From NCBI GenBank assembly GCA_964291625.2, contig OZ220089.1, forward strand, positions 2,688,001-2,752,000: a stretch of 64,000 bases of DNA, given 5' to 3'. Source of the DNA: Candidatus Latescibacterota bacterium. Its GTDB lineage: Bacteria; Latescibacterota; UBA2968; UBA8231. The notes under the pieces were generated by a model. That model was given only the letters and a program-made list of their open reading frames with translations, did not search any database and was not told where the DNA came from. Positions 10,514 to 20,434 of the stretch are shown here, in pieces; the first letter of the stretch is position 1; every line of letters begins with the position of its first letter. A program made the translations under genes and the position numbers.

Positions 10514-11514
10514 CTCACCGGCTGACCGAGCCGTTCGGGACGCACCCCCTTGAAGATGCGATCATCGGTGTCGCTGCCGTCGTGCAGGGCCAGCCGCTTG
10601 TACGGGTTCGTGCCCGTCGCCATCAGTTCGAGTCCGAAGAGCTGCCGGCGTTCGGGGGTGTTGAGCCGGCCGGCCGCTTCAAGGGCCACGGCCGCCTCGA
10701 CGGTCACCCCCGGCTGCTTCTGGTAGAAGGGACAGTAGAGGGTGAGCACGCACCAGCGGTCGCGGTCACCCGTGTTGGGCAGGGTGGTGTGCCACAGCCG
10801 GGTGTTGAAGAGGAAGGCGCTGCCCGCCTTCACTTCGGCGGTCACCATTCCCGGCATCTCCCTCTGATCCCGAACCTTGGTCGCCTGGTCGGCGCCCCCG
10901 CCCATGCCCTTGTAGGCGAGGTGGTCCGGCTCGTGGTCCCACCGATGCGATCCCGGGACGCAGGCCGTGCAGCCATCGTCGGCGCCGACGTCCGTCAGAT
11001 AGACGAGAACCTTGGTGTTGAGGGGCGGCCCCATGTAGCGCCATGCCTCATCGTTCCTGTGGTCCCGGTGCCAGTTGACGTAGCCGCCTTCCTCCCGCGC
11101 GTCACGAGGGCTCTGCGGCTCCAGGACCCGGACCTGTATGGTGGCGGCCTGCACGTCTTCCCCGACGGTGGCGCCGAGGAAGGGCAAGAGGCGTGGATGG
11201 GTGATCATCTCCACGCAGGCGTCGTCCTCTTCGAGAAGGTGGAGCGGATAGATGTCGAAGTACTTCCTTCCATGGAAGGTGCCGGAGGCGTAGTACTCGC
11301 CGTTGGCCGAGACCCCCCGGCCCCGGGCCCGGCCCTTTTCCCAGTCGAGGCGGGTGACCGCCTGGGCCCGGTCGAAGGCGGCCTGGGCGCGGAGCAGCTC
11401 ATCCCCCTGCAGCACGTCCTCGATGATGATGAAGCCGTCGCGCTTGTAGGCATCCACCTGACTCTCGAGGAGCGTGCGGGAATCGGGAAGGGCCTGCCGG
11501 GTATCAGTCATCAT
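10510..11514 (-). CDS. PhyH-family dioxygenase
   Basis: WHRD, VPGSH, LWHT..N...R. Confidence 0.9.
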   Translation of the reverse strand: MMTDTRQALPDSRTLLESQVDAYKRDGFIIIEDVLQGDELLRAQAAFDRAQAVTRLDWEKGRARGRGVSANGEYYASGTFHGRKYFDIYPLHLLEEDDACVEMITHPRLLPFLGATVGEDVQAATIQVRVLEPQSPRDAREEGGYVNWHRDHRNDEAWRYMGPPLNTKVLVYLTDVGADDGCTACVPGSHRWDHEPDHLAYKGMGGGADQATKVRDQREMPGMVTAEVKAGSAFLFNTRLWHTTLPNTGDRDRWCVLTLYCPFYQKQPGVTVEAAVALEAAGRLNTPERRQLFGLELMATGTNPYKRLALHDGSDTDDRIFKGVRPERLGQPVR

Positions 11515-13567
11515 CGCCGCTCTCCGAATGGATGTCCTGCAGGCGCAGGACGCTCATGCCGTGGACGATCAGGCGGGGGATCGTGAAACGGAGCATTGAC
11601 CCGCTCTCCTGGTGCTCCAGCGCTAGCGGCTCCCGCATCTCCGGATAGCGCCACTCCACCCGCTCCACCCGAAAGCCGTCGGGCACTTCGCACTCCGCCT
11701 GAATCGGGCCGACGGGCAGCGGCACTTCGATGGCGGCTTCCTCGTCCTGCCGGTAGTTGATCCAGTGGACGACCAGAGCGTCCACGTCGCGCGGCCGCCA
11801 GGCGCGGACCCGCACGAACCAGGGCGCATCCGTGACCAGCCGGGGCCGGCCGAGGAACTCCTCCAGCTCCGCCAGGAACCGCTGGCCGAAGGGATCGTCT
11901 TCGAGCCGGGGGAAGACCGGCATCTCCTGCGGGAGCCCCTTGATCGGCACCGTCTCGGGGGACCAGGGTCCATCGGGAATGTGCATGGCACCATCCGCGA
12001 GGCCGCCGATCGATCCCCCGGTCGGAGTGGCTCTGAAGGTTGGCAGCAGCGGCTCCCCGCGGGGTGACCCGTCCGCGTCGAGACGTCCGCTGTGGCCCGT
12101 GAACACGAGGCGGCCTCCTTCGCCGACGAACGCCTCCAGCCGCTCGCCTTCCGCGGCGCTCAACCTCTCAACCTCCGGCAGGATCAGGGCCTCGTAGTCG
12201 CCGGCGCGCTCCAGCAGCTGGTCGTCGAGGATGATGTCGAAGAGCCAGTGACCGTCCTCCAGGTGCTGGCCGAGCCGCTTGAGGGCGTCGAGGCAGTCCA
12301 TCTCCGCCTGCATCTCCGCCCTCCGCGGATAGACGAGGGCGATCTGCGACCACGGGTCCGCCGGATGCAGCAGCTCCTCGTGTTGGTGCATGAAGCGCTG
12401 GCAGCGGATGACCGGCCCGTAGTAGTCCTCCGGCGCGACGTTGCCGCTCTCCTCCTGATCGAGGCGCGGAGGCCCGGCGTGGAAGGCGAGTGCCGTGCCG
12501 TGGTGGGCGATCGCCTCGGCGGCCCAGATGCGCCAGCGCCGGTAGTCGTACTTGTTGATGACGAAGGGCCGGCCGCCGCCTGCGGCGTACATGAACCGGG
12601 ACGGCAGCCCCATGTCGGCCAGGTAGCCCTGGGAGAGGGAGCAGACCGCCTTGGACGGTCCCTGGCTGTACCACAGGTAGTCCTCCCCCCGGGCCCACGA
12701 CTCCGGCGGCAGCAGGGACCGCTCGTCGTGGGGCCGGAAGTCGTACTTGTGATACCACTGCGCCAGCAGCAGGTCCGGCTTCAGGGACCGTCCGAACTCG
12801 ATGAAGACGTCGTCGAAGGACTCCTTGCGCTTGAGGGCCGATCCCTGGGCGAGCAGGAGCTCCAGGCGGGCGGCCAGCTCCGGCGGGCCATCCGGCGGCG
12901 CCGTGAAGACGTCGGGCACCTCCTCGAGGTCGGTGGATCCGAAGATCGCCTCCACCTCTTCCCGCGTCAGCCGGGCGGCCAGATAGCGGCGTGTATAGTC
13001 GCAGCAGTGCCGGCAGTGGCAGAGGGACTCGTAGTGATGGGTGGCGTTGAAGCCGTCGAGACCGAGCTCGATCCCCTTGCCCACCATCGCCCTGAGGGCC
13101 GCCAGCCACCGGGGATTGCTCATGCAGCCGCGATAGGTGCGGTAGGGCCGGCCCGGTATGGTGCGCCATCTCACAGACCCGTCGGCATCGCGCTGCGTCA
13201 CCTCCTCGGCAGAGGCGCACGGCGGCGGTCCCAGCAGATCGTCGGTCCACATCCGGTCCCAGTTCCCGCCGAACAGACCGATGCCCTCCTCGTGGTTCCC
13301 GAAGTGCATGGTCGTCGACAACTGCCCCGTCACCCGGGCCCCGGCCTCCTGGATCTGCGGAATGACCTCCGCGGCCAGGTCGAGACTGGCCTCAACGCTA
13401 CCCAGCGGCATCCCCGACCACGACGGCGGGACACTCTCGTCGCCGGCCAGGGAGTAGAAGTCGGCCCCGAAGTTCCCCACCTGCACCAGCTCGATCCTGG
13501 CGCGGCGAACGTGATCGAGAACCTGCGACGCCCGAGGCAGGGTCCAGTGCTCGATGATGCGGCTCAT
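11504..13567 (-). CDS. Hypothetical glycoside-hydrolase-like protein (TIM barrel + trimerisation/GATase-like domain)
   Basis: Long ORF with coding-like bias; CHC..C, IALVYP, YEALILP, VVHWINY; start chosen at MSRIIEHW. Confidence 0.6.
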   Translation of the reverse strand: MSRIIEHWTLPRASQVLDHVRRARIELVQVGNFGADFYSLAGDESVPPSWSGMPLGSVEASLDLAAEVIPQIQEAGARVTGQLSTTMHFGNHEEGIGLFGGNWDRMWTDDLLGPPPCASAEEVTQRDADGSVRWRTIPGRPYRTYRGCMSNPRWLAALRAMVGKGIELGLDGFNATHHYESLCHCRHCCDYTRRYLAARLTREEVEAIFGSTDLEEVPDVFTAPPDGPPELAARLELLLAQGSALKRKESFDDVFIEFGRSLKPDLLLAQWYHKYDFRPHDERSLLPPESWARGEDYLWYSQGPSKAVCSLSQGYLADMGLPSRFMYAAGGGRPFVINKYDYRRWRIWAAEAIAHHGTALAFHAGPPRLDQEESGNVAPEDYYGPVIRCQRFMHQHEELLHPADPWSQIALVYPRRAEMQAEMDCLDALKRLGQHLEDGHWLFDIILDDQLLERAGDYEALILPEVERLSAAEGERLEAFVGEGGRLVFTGHSGRLDADGSPRGEPLLPTFRATPTGGSIGGLADGAMHIPDGPWSPETVPIKGLPQEMPVFPRLEDDPFGQRFLAELEEFLGRPRLVTDAPWFVRVRAWRPRDVDALVVHWINYRQDEEAAIEVPLPVGPIQAECEVPDGFRVERVEWRYPEMREPLALEHQESGSMLRFTIPRLIVHGMSVLRLQDIHSESGDDD

Positions 13568-13613
13568 TCGCAGAGGTACGCCCATTCGATTCCTCAGGGA
13601 GTCGCCCGTGACG

Positions 13614-13935
13614 GCAGCCCACCAGGCCAACGTTCCACCGGATCGAGTGGCGCCGGAGTCACCATCGACTCAGTTCTGCTGCCAGGCGCCACCCGGTTCA
13701 CAAGAGTGCGTGTGCGGGTCTCCAACCACGGAGGGCGGTGCCGGCGGCGCAGGCCGCGCCTGGGCGGCCCATTACGCCGGGCCGGGGTCAACAACCACCA
13801 TCATCCAGGAGGCCCAGAGACCCGAGCGCAGCGAGGGGCTCGCCAGCCACTCGAATCACCCCCAGTCGATAGCTCCCCCAACCAGGCCCGGCGTACGCGC
13901 CGCCAAAGGCGCGGCCGGAGCCGCCGGCACCGTCC
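13614..13935 (+). repeat. Structured intergenic repeat element, copy 1 (full)
   Basis: Upstream hairpin gtggcgcc..ggcgccac; arms 13733-~13783 and ~13885-13935; GCGCAGC at 13826-13832. Confidence 0.92.
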
Positions 13936-13955
13936 GGCCCACAAGCACCCCCCCC

Positions 13956-15410
13956 TCAACAGCGCACCACATCCTCCACATCCTCTACCGCCAGCGTGTC
14001 CTCGTGCACCGGCTGCACCGCCCGCCCCCACGCCGCCAGCACCTCCGCATCCCGCATCAGCTCCGCGCTGCGCCGTGCCACCCGCTCGGGGTCCCACCCG
14101 GCGTAGAGCTGGCCCAGCAGGTCCTGACGCACCGCGGCGCAGGCCGCATCGCCGGCCAGGTCGTTCCACTCGCCCGGATCTTCCTCCAGGTTGAACAAGG
14201 CCGGAGGCGTATCCCCGTGGTACGCATACAGCTTCCACGGTCCCCGCCGGATCATCCGTGAAGGAGGATCGCCGCGGGTCGGCCCCAGCTCGCTGAATGT
14301 GAAATCGGGCCGGGACTCGTCCGGCAGACCCCGCATCTCGCTCCACAACGAGTGGCCGTCGAGGGCGGGCAGGGGCTCGCCGCCGGCCACCTGTATGGCG
14401 GTGGGGGCCCAGTCCAGCAGGTTGCAGATCGCCGTGCTCTCCGTGCCCGCCGGCACCACCCCCGGGAACCGGGCGATGAGGGGGACGCCCACCGAGCCCT
14501 CGTAGTAGTTGCTCTTCCACCAGCAGCCGTGCTCGCCGGCCATCTCGCCGTGGTCGCTGGCGTAGACCACGAGGGTGTTGTCGCTGAGTCCGGTCTCGTC
14601 GAGCTTGTCGAGGAGCTGGCCGACCTTGCGGTCGAAGTACTCGCACAGGCCGAAGTAGGCCGCACGGGCCACCCGGATGCGCTCGGCGGGCAGGGGTACC
14701 TCGATGCCGCGGTGCCTCTTGAAGCTGGTCACCGCCGCCGGCTCCCCGGACGGCTCGGGCTGCGGCACGTCGACGCGGTCGTAGTAGTAGTCGTAGAGAT
14801 CCTTCGGGGCGAAGAACGGGCAGTGGGGCAGCAGGAAGCCGGCCACCGCGGCAAAGGGCCGGTCACCGCCCCGGGCCTTCTCCTCCAGGTAGGCGCAGGC
14901 CGCGTCGGCGACGCGGTCGTCGAAGGACTGGTAGGTGGTGCGGCCGTGGCCGGCGATCTCGACGGACTCGCGGGTCTGGCCCGAGGTGCTGGCGGGGATC
15001 TCCTTGAACATCGGTCCGCCCTGGCCGGCTGCGCCCGGATGGTGGGCGCCGTACTCGCCGATGGGCCGGCGCTCGAAGCCGTGGCGCTGGTCGGGGCCGA
15101 CGAAGTGCATGCGGCCGATCAGCGCGGTCTCGTATCCGGCCGCGCCCACGGCGTGGGCCCAGGTGGGAAGGGCGGAGCTGAGGATGTGCTCGTTGAGCCA
15201 GGCCTCGTTGGCGCTGGGCCGCCGTCCGGTCATGAAGGCCATGCGCGCCGGCACGCACAGGGGCGAGGCGGTGTAGGCGTTGCGGAAGCGCATGCCCTCG
15301 CCGGCCAGGCGGTCGAGGTGCGGGGTGCGCACCACCGCGTCGCCGTAGCAGCCGAGGTGGTATTTGCTGTGCTGGTCGGAAAGGATGAAGAGGATGTTGG
15401 GGCGGTTCAT
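13956..15410 (-). CDS. Sulfatase (choline-sulfatase-like)
   Basis: PNILFILSDQH, formylglycine motif CVPAR..FMTG, SDHGEM.GEHG. Confidence 0.93.
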   Translation of the reverse strand: MNRPNILFILSDQHSKYHLGCYGDAVVRTPHLDRLAGEGMRFRNAYTASPLCVPARMAFMTGRRPSANEAWLNEHILSSALPTWAHAVGAAGYETALIGRMHFVGPDQRHGFERRPIGEYGAHHPGAAGQGGPMFKEIPASTSGQTRESVEIAGHGRTTYQSFDDRVADAACAYLEEKARGGDRPFAAVAGFLLPHCPFFAPKDLYDYYYDRVDVPQPEPSGEPAAVTSFKRHRGIEVPLPAERIRVARAAYFGLCEYFDRKVGQLLDKLDETGLSDNTLVVYASDHGEMAGEHGCWWKSNYYEGSVGVPLIARFPGVVPAGTESTAICNLLDWAPTAIQVAGGEPLPALDGHSLWSEMRGLPDESRPDFTFSELGPTRGDPPSRMIRRGPWKLYAYHGDTPPALFNLEEDPGEWNDLAGDAACAAVRQDLLGQLYAGWDPERVARRSAELMRDAEVLAAWGRAVQPVHEDTLAVEDVEDVVRC

Positions 15411-15464
15411 GGCCTTGGACTCGTCGGCGCGTAATTTAGGGCGCCCCATACATCCTACAAGAGA

Positions 15465-16709
15465 GTGATGCGCAGCGTGAGGTCCGCCAGAGGAGGTGTC
15501 CTCGAGCCCCTGGCCAACGGCGATTTCGTGCGCCTGTGGCTGGCCAACGGCCTCTGGTGGCAGGCGATGTGGATGGAGATGCTGGCCCTGGGGTGGGTGG
15601 CCCTGGAGTTGACCGACTCGGCATGGTGGGTCCAGGTCATCGCCTTCTACCGCGCCGCTCCCCTGCTGATCGTCGGTGTCTTCGGCGCCGTGATCACCGA
15701 CCGCTTCCGGCGGCGCCACATCGTCGCAAGCCTGCAGTTGATCAACGTCCTGGGGATGGGACTGCTGGCCCTGCTGCTCTTCCGCGGAGAGCTGGAGATC
15801 TGGCACCTGTCGGCGGTGTCGCTGGTGCTAGGGGCCGCCTGGGCCCTGGACTGGCCGACCCGCCGCAGCATGGTGCCCGATCTCGTCGGCAAGGCCCGCA
15901 CCGTCGACGCCATGGTTCTGGAGAACGTCATCCAGGGGATCACGCGCGTCGGCGGCCCCCTGGCGGCGGGCTATGTGACCGCGGCCTACGGCAGTCTGGG
16001 CGCCCTGCTGGCGCTGGTCGGGCTGGGCGCCCTCGGGCTGCTGCTGCTGCTGGGCCTCAGGACGGACTCCAGGGCCCCCGTCAAGGGCACCTGGACGTCG
16101 GGATGGGCCGGCCGCCAGGGATGGGCCAGTCTGAGAGGCTCGGCCCCGATGTTCGGCGTCTTCCTGGTCACCGTCCTGATGAACATCTGGACCTTCCCCT
16201 ACATGAACCTGCTCCCCGTCTTCGCCCGCGACGTGTACGGCCTGGGCCCGCAGGCGATGGGGTGGCTGGGCGCCGCCAGCGGGGCCGGCACGATCGTCGG
16301 CCTCGCCGCCGTCCAGCTCGGCCGCCGGAACCTCAGCAACGAGTGGGTCTTCGTCGGCGGCTCCCTGCTCTCGTGCCTGGGAGTCGCCGCCTTCGCCTTC
16401 AGCGCCACCTTCGGCCTCGCCCTGGCGATGCTGTTCTGCTCCGGCCTGGGGCAGGCGGGATTCAGCATCATGCAGAGCAGCATCATCCTGGTGAGGTCCT
16501 CCGACGAGATGCGCAGCCGCGCCATGAGCACCCTGGTCGTGGCCATCGGCGTCGGCCCCTTCGGCCGCCTGCAGAGCGGCGCCCTCGCCGAGACCTGGGG
16601 GGCCCAGGGATCCGTCGGCATCATGGCCGCCCTCGGCGGCCTCGGGATTGCGGCGACCACCGTCCTCCTCCGGGGATTCGTGGGCCGGCGAGAGGAAGCC
16701 TCCCCGTGA
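15465..16709 (+). CDS. MFS transporter
   Basis: ~12 hydrophobic segments, G.ITDRFRRR motif A. Confidence 0.88.
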   Translation: MMRSVRSARGGVLEPLANGDFVRLWLANGLWWQAMWMEMLALGWVALELTDSAWWVQVIAFYRAAPLLIVGVFGAVITDRFRRRHIVASLQLINVLGMGLLALLLFRGELEIWHLSAVSLVLGAAWALDWPTRRSMVPDLVGKARTVDAMVLENVIQGITRVGGPLAAGYVTAAYGSLGALLALVGLGALGLLLLLGLRTDSRAPVKGTWTSGWAGRQGWASLRGSAPMFGVFLVTVLMNIWTFPYMNLLPVFARDVYGLGPQAMGWLGAASGAGTIVGLAAVQLGRRNLSNEWVFVGGSLLSCLGVAAFAFSATFGLALAMLFCSGLGQAGFSIMQSSIILVRSSDEMRSRAMSTLVVAIGVGPFGRLQSGALAETWGAQGSVGIMAALGGLGIAATTVLLRGFVGRREEASP

Positions 16710-17215
16710 GAGAGAGCCGCTGCGTCCTCTTCGACTGGGGCAACACCCTGATGCGGGACTACCCGGACGCCGTGGGCCCCATGGCCGACTGGCCCTGCGT
16801 GGAAACCCTGCCCGGCGTCGAGGACGTCCTGCGTCAACTGCGTCCACACTGGACCCTGGCCCTCGCCACCAACGCCGTCGCCTCCGACGAACCCGCCGTG
16901 TGGAAAGCACTCGCCCGCGGCGGCATCGCTTCCCTCCTGGACAAGGTCTACTGTTTCCAGACCATCGGTCACAAGAAGCCGTCCCCCGCCTTCTTCGACC
17001 ACATCGTCAGGGACCTGCCCATGGAGAGAGACCGCATCGTCATGGTAGGCGACGACTTCCGGAACGACATCCGCGGAGCCACCCGCACGGGGATCCGCAG
17101 CATCTGGCTCAACCAGTCATCCGATGAAGAGAGAGTCGGGGAGTTGTACCAGACCATCCACGAATTCCAATCGCTCCCAAGTGCACTAACCTCTCTCTCC
17201 ATCTCCGATGCTTGA
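16706..17215 (+). CDS. HAD-family hydrolase
   Basis: LFDWGNTL, ATN, KP, MVGD...DI.GA. Confidence 0.88.
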   Translation: MRESRCVLFDWGNTLMRDYPDAVGPMADWPCVETLPGVEDVLRQLRPHWTLALATNAVASDEPAVWKALARGGIASLLDKVYCFQTIGHKKPSPAFFDHIVRDLPMERDRIVMVGDDFRNDIRGATRTGIRSIWLNQSSDEERVGELYQTIHEFQSLPSALTSLSISDA

Positions 17216-17269
17216 TCCCGGAACCAAAGTCCCATCCCCTCCCTCCACGCCCGTCGCCAACCCCCCTCT

Positions 17270-17621
17270 CACTGGCCCCGACGTCTACCACACCTCTCCC
17301 TGCCGAGAGCATCGCCAGGCATCCACCCCTCACTGCCTCCCATGTCTCCACCCCACTCTCCTTCAAGGGCGTCGCCAAGCCTTCCACCCTCCCACTGCCT
17401 CCCATGTCTCCACCCCACTCTCCTTCAAGGGCGTCGCCAAGCCTTCCACCCTCCCCACTGCCTCCCATGTCTCCACCCCACTCTCCTTCAAGGGCGTCGC
17501 CAAGCCTTCCACCCCCTCACTACCTCCCATGCCTCTACTCCCACTCTTCCAAGGGCGTCGCCAGCCTTCCACCCCTCATCGCCTCCCATGCCTCTACCCC
17601 ACTCCTTCCGAGGGCGTCGCC
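17270..17621. repeat. C-rich tandem repeat, 59-63 bp unit, ~5-6 copies, running into element copy 2
   Basis: Units start 17331, 17393, 17456, 17518, 17577 (cactgcctcccatgtctccaccccactctccttcaagggcgtcgccaagccttccaccctcc); degenerate unit at ~17270. Confidence 0.92.
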
Positions 17622-17811
17622 GGCGGCGCAGGCCGCGCCGGCGCGCGCATTACGCCGGGCCGGGGTCAACAACCACCCTCATCCCGGAGGCCCAGAGACC
17701 CGAGCGCAGCGAGGGGCTCGCCAGCCCTGAGAACCACCCCAAGTCGATAGCACCCGCAGCCAGGCCCGGCGTACGCGCCGCAAGGCGCGGCCGGAGCCGC
17801 CGGCGACGCCC
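17612..17811 (+). repeat. Structured intergenic repeat element, copy 2 (main hairpin only)
   Basis: gggcgtcgccggcggc ... gccgccggcgacgccc arms; ccgagcgcagcgaggggctcg core. Confidence 0.92.
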
Positions 17812-17840
17812 ACGCCAGGACACCCCCCAAAGGCTGACCA

Positions 17841-19460
17841 ATGGATAGGCCAGACTTCCCAGGAATCATCTTCACCGACGACGCCTGGATCCTCAACTCC
17901 GACCCACCCATCACCCAGGCCGACCTCCGCGACAAAGTCGTCGCCGCCTACGCCGGCACCGGCGGCGCCCTCTGGTGGTCGACCGGCGATCACGAGGTCT
18001 ACCACTTCGAGACCCGGATCGGCGAGATCTTCGGCGCAGAGCAGCCCACCCTCGAAGGCCTCGACGATCTCTACTCCTTCGTTCACTCCGCCGGCGATGA
18101 CGACGCCTACCCGAAGGTCGCCGCCAACGTGCGCGCCCTCATCGAGGAGTGCGGCGGCCCCCTGACGGCCCTCCTGCGCCTCTGCCGGGAACGGGGCCTC
18201 CCCTTCTTCCCGCGTGTGCGCATGAACAGCCACTACGTCATCGACCCCCGCCACCCGGGGTACGGCAACTACCGCCGCCGCCACCCCGACCGCCTCATCG
18301 CCCGCCCCGGGGAGCGCTTCGCCGAGGGCACCATCGAGCACGGCATCGGCACCGGCCTCGACTACGCCCACCCCGGCAACCGCGCCTTCGTCACCCGCAT
18401 CATCCGCGAGTGCTTCGAGCGCTTCGATGTCGACGGCGTCGAGCTCGACTTCATGCGCCACCCCGCCTTCTTCCGCGTCGAGGAGGGGTACGCCAACCGC
18501 CACTACATGACCGGCCTCGTGCGCGAGGTGCGCGCCCGCATGCAGGCCGTCTCCGCCGATCGCGGGCGCCGGCTGCTGCTCGGGGTCCGCGTGCCTCCGT
18601 CGATCGCCGACTGCAACCGCGTCGGCCTCGACGTGGTCCGCTGGCTTGAGGAAGGGCTCGTCGACATCGTCGTCGTCGGGGGCGGCTTCATCTCCTTCGA
18701 GACCCCGGTCGACGAGTTCGTCGCCGCGGCGGCCGGAACCGGCGCCCTCGTGTACGGATGCATCGAGGCGACCCGCGACAGCGACGACCGCAAGCTCCGC
18801 GCCCTGGCCCTCCGCTGGCTCGAGGACGGCGCCCACGGCGTCTACCTCTACAACTTCTTCACGCGCTCGCCCGGGTGGAACCGCCGCATCGCCTCCGAGC
18901 TGACCGATCGGGAGAAGCTCCGCCGCCTCGACAAGCGCTACGAGCTCGAGACCACCGGCTCCGCGTACGGCTCCTCCGGCCACAGCAGCGCCTTCGCCCT
19001 CGCCCAGTCGCAGACGCAGCTGCCGGTGCGGCTGCAGCCCAACTACGACGGTGAGGGACCGGTCCTGCGGCTGGCGATCGCCGACGATTTCGACGCGGCG
19101 CGGGAGGCCGGCGAGCTGGGCCCATGCCGGCTGACCCTGCGGTTCGACGCCCTGGAGGAGAGCGACTCCCTCCGCGTCCGGGTCAACGGCCGGGAGCTGG
19201 ACTGGAGCGGGGCCGAGGTCTCCTTCGACGGCTGGGAGGAGCTGACCGCGGCGTCCCTGTTCTGGTTGAGCTACCCCGCAGAGCCGGTGGAGCAGCACAT
19301 GGAAGGGTCGAGCGCCTCGTACGCGGTCACCGCCCCGCCGCTGCGGCAGGGCGAGATCGAGATCGAGATCCGCCTGCTCTCGGAGACCCGCGCCCCGGAG
19401 TGCCACGTATCCCTGGTCGGCCTCGAGATCGACCTCACCCTCGGAAGGCGGGAACGATGA
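17841..19460 (+). CDS. GHL10/family-10-like glycoside hydrolase-like protein
   Basis: RVRMN, FDVDGVELDFMRHP, GVYLYN. Confidence 0.6.
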   Translation: MDRPDFPGIIFTDDAWILNSDPPITQADLRDKVVAAYAGTGGALWWSTGDHEVYHFETRIGEIFGAEQPTLEGLDDLYSFVHSAGDDDAYPKVAANVRALIEECGGPLTALLRLCRERGLPFFPRVRMNSHYVIDPRHPGYGNYRRRHPDRLIARPGERFAEGTIEHGIGTGLDYAHPGNRAFVTRIIRECFERFDVDGVELDFMRHPAFFRVEEGYANRHYMTGLVREVRARMQAVSADRGRRLLLGVRVPPSIADCNRVGLDVVRWLEEGLVDIVVVGGGFISFETPVDEFVAAAAGTGALVYGCIEATRDSDDRKLRALALRWLEDGAHGVYLYNFFTRSPGWNRRIASELTDREKLRRLDKRYELETTGSAYGSSGHSSAFALAQSQTQLPVRLQPNYDGEGPVLRLAIADDFDAAREAGELGPCRLTLRFDALEESDSLRVRVNGRELDWSGAEVSFDGWEELTAASLFWLSYPAEPVEQHMEGSSASYAVTAPPLRQGEIEIEIRLLSETRAPECHVSLVGLEIDLTLGRRER

Positions 19461-20419
19461 CCAACCCTCTGCCCCGCGGCATCCGCCCCGCCTTCCCGCG
19501 GGATACGCCGGCCGGCCAGGTGAGAGCCAGGTTCCTGGAGGTTCTCGGGATGGACCACATACCCGAGGCGGTCGATGCCACCGCGGAAACCGTGGCCGAG
19601 GACGGGGTCCACCGGGAGCTGCGCCTCTCCTATGCGAACTCCCTCGGCGAGACGCTGACGGGTACCGCCCTCGTGCCGCTCGACCCGCCCGGCGGGCCGG
19701 TCCCAGGGGTCGTGTGCATGCACGGCACCGGTGGCACGACGGCGAACGTCCTCGCGGGAAGACTCGAGCGTGACGCGGAGAGCGGACAGCTGCGGGGATG
19801 GGGCCGGGAGCTGGCCAACCGCGGATACGCGACGATCTCGATCTCCCTCAAGGGATCCGTGGTCCGCCGCGCCACCGAGGAAGCATGGGAGGAGGAGGCG
19901 AAGCTGCTGGAGGCGTACGGCCGCCCCCACGCCGGCATCGTCGCCGAGGAAGCCCTGCTGGCGGCGCGCGTCCTGGGTTCCCTCCCCGAGGTCGACGGCG
20001 CCCGCATCGGCCTGACCGGCATGTCCCTGGGCGGCATGGCCACCTGGACGGCCATGGCCTGCGATCCCTCGATCCGCGCCGGCGCCGCCGTCTGCGGCGT
20101 GCTGGGCAGCCTGTCCCGGCTGATCCACGAGGGCAACATCTGGCGCCACAGCTCCCTGGTCTTCGTGCCCCACCTGCTGCGCTACTTCGACCACGGCGAC
20201 ATCGTCGGCGGCTGCATCGCCCCCCGCCCCTTCATGGCCGTCGCCCCTCTCGACGACGTGGACATGCCGAGCGCCGCCGTGGACGACTTCGTCCGCACCG
20301 TCACACCGACCTATGCGGAGACCAGTGAGCGCTTCGTCGTGCACCGGCCGCCAGGCGGCCACGTCTTCACGGTGGAGGCCTTCGAGCAGGTGGTCGACTG
20401 GTTCGGCCGGTTCCTCTGA
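19457..20419 (+). CDS. Alpha/beta hydrolase (dienelactone hydrolase/esterase-like)
   Basis: CMHG, nucleophile elbow GMSLGG, GGH. Confidence 0.85.
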   Translation: MTNPLPRGIRPAFPRDTPAGQVRARFLEVLGMDHIPEAVDATAETVAEDGVHRELRLSYANSLGETLTGTALVPLDPPGGPVPGVVCMHGTGGTTANVLAGRLERDAESGQLRGWGRELANRGYATISISLKGSVVRRATEEAWEEEAKLLEAYGRPHAGIVAEEALLAARVLGSLPEVDGARIGLTGMSLGGMATWTAMACDPSIRAGAAVCGVLGSLSRLIHEGNIWRHSSLVFVPHLLRYFDHGDIVGGCIAPRPFMAVAPLDDVDMPSAAVDDFVRTVTPTYAETSERFVVHRPPGGHVFTVEAFEQVVDWFGRFL

Positions 20420-20434
20420 GGCGCTGCGAGTCCC

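Noticed and set aside
12092-14194. Long antisense/alternate-frame ORFs (e.g. 12092-14194, 27638-30382, 52956-55415, 6153-8084)
   Set aside because: Shadow ORFs expected at high GC; they overlap well-supported genes and have no motifs
17331-17621. Tandem array as a CRISPR
   Set aside because: Units are contiguous with no unique spacers, and no cas genes are present
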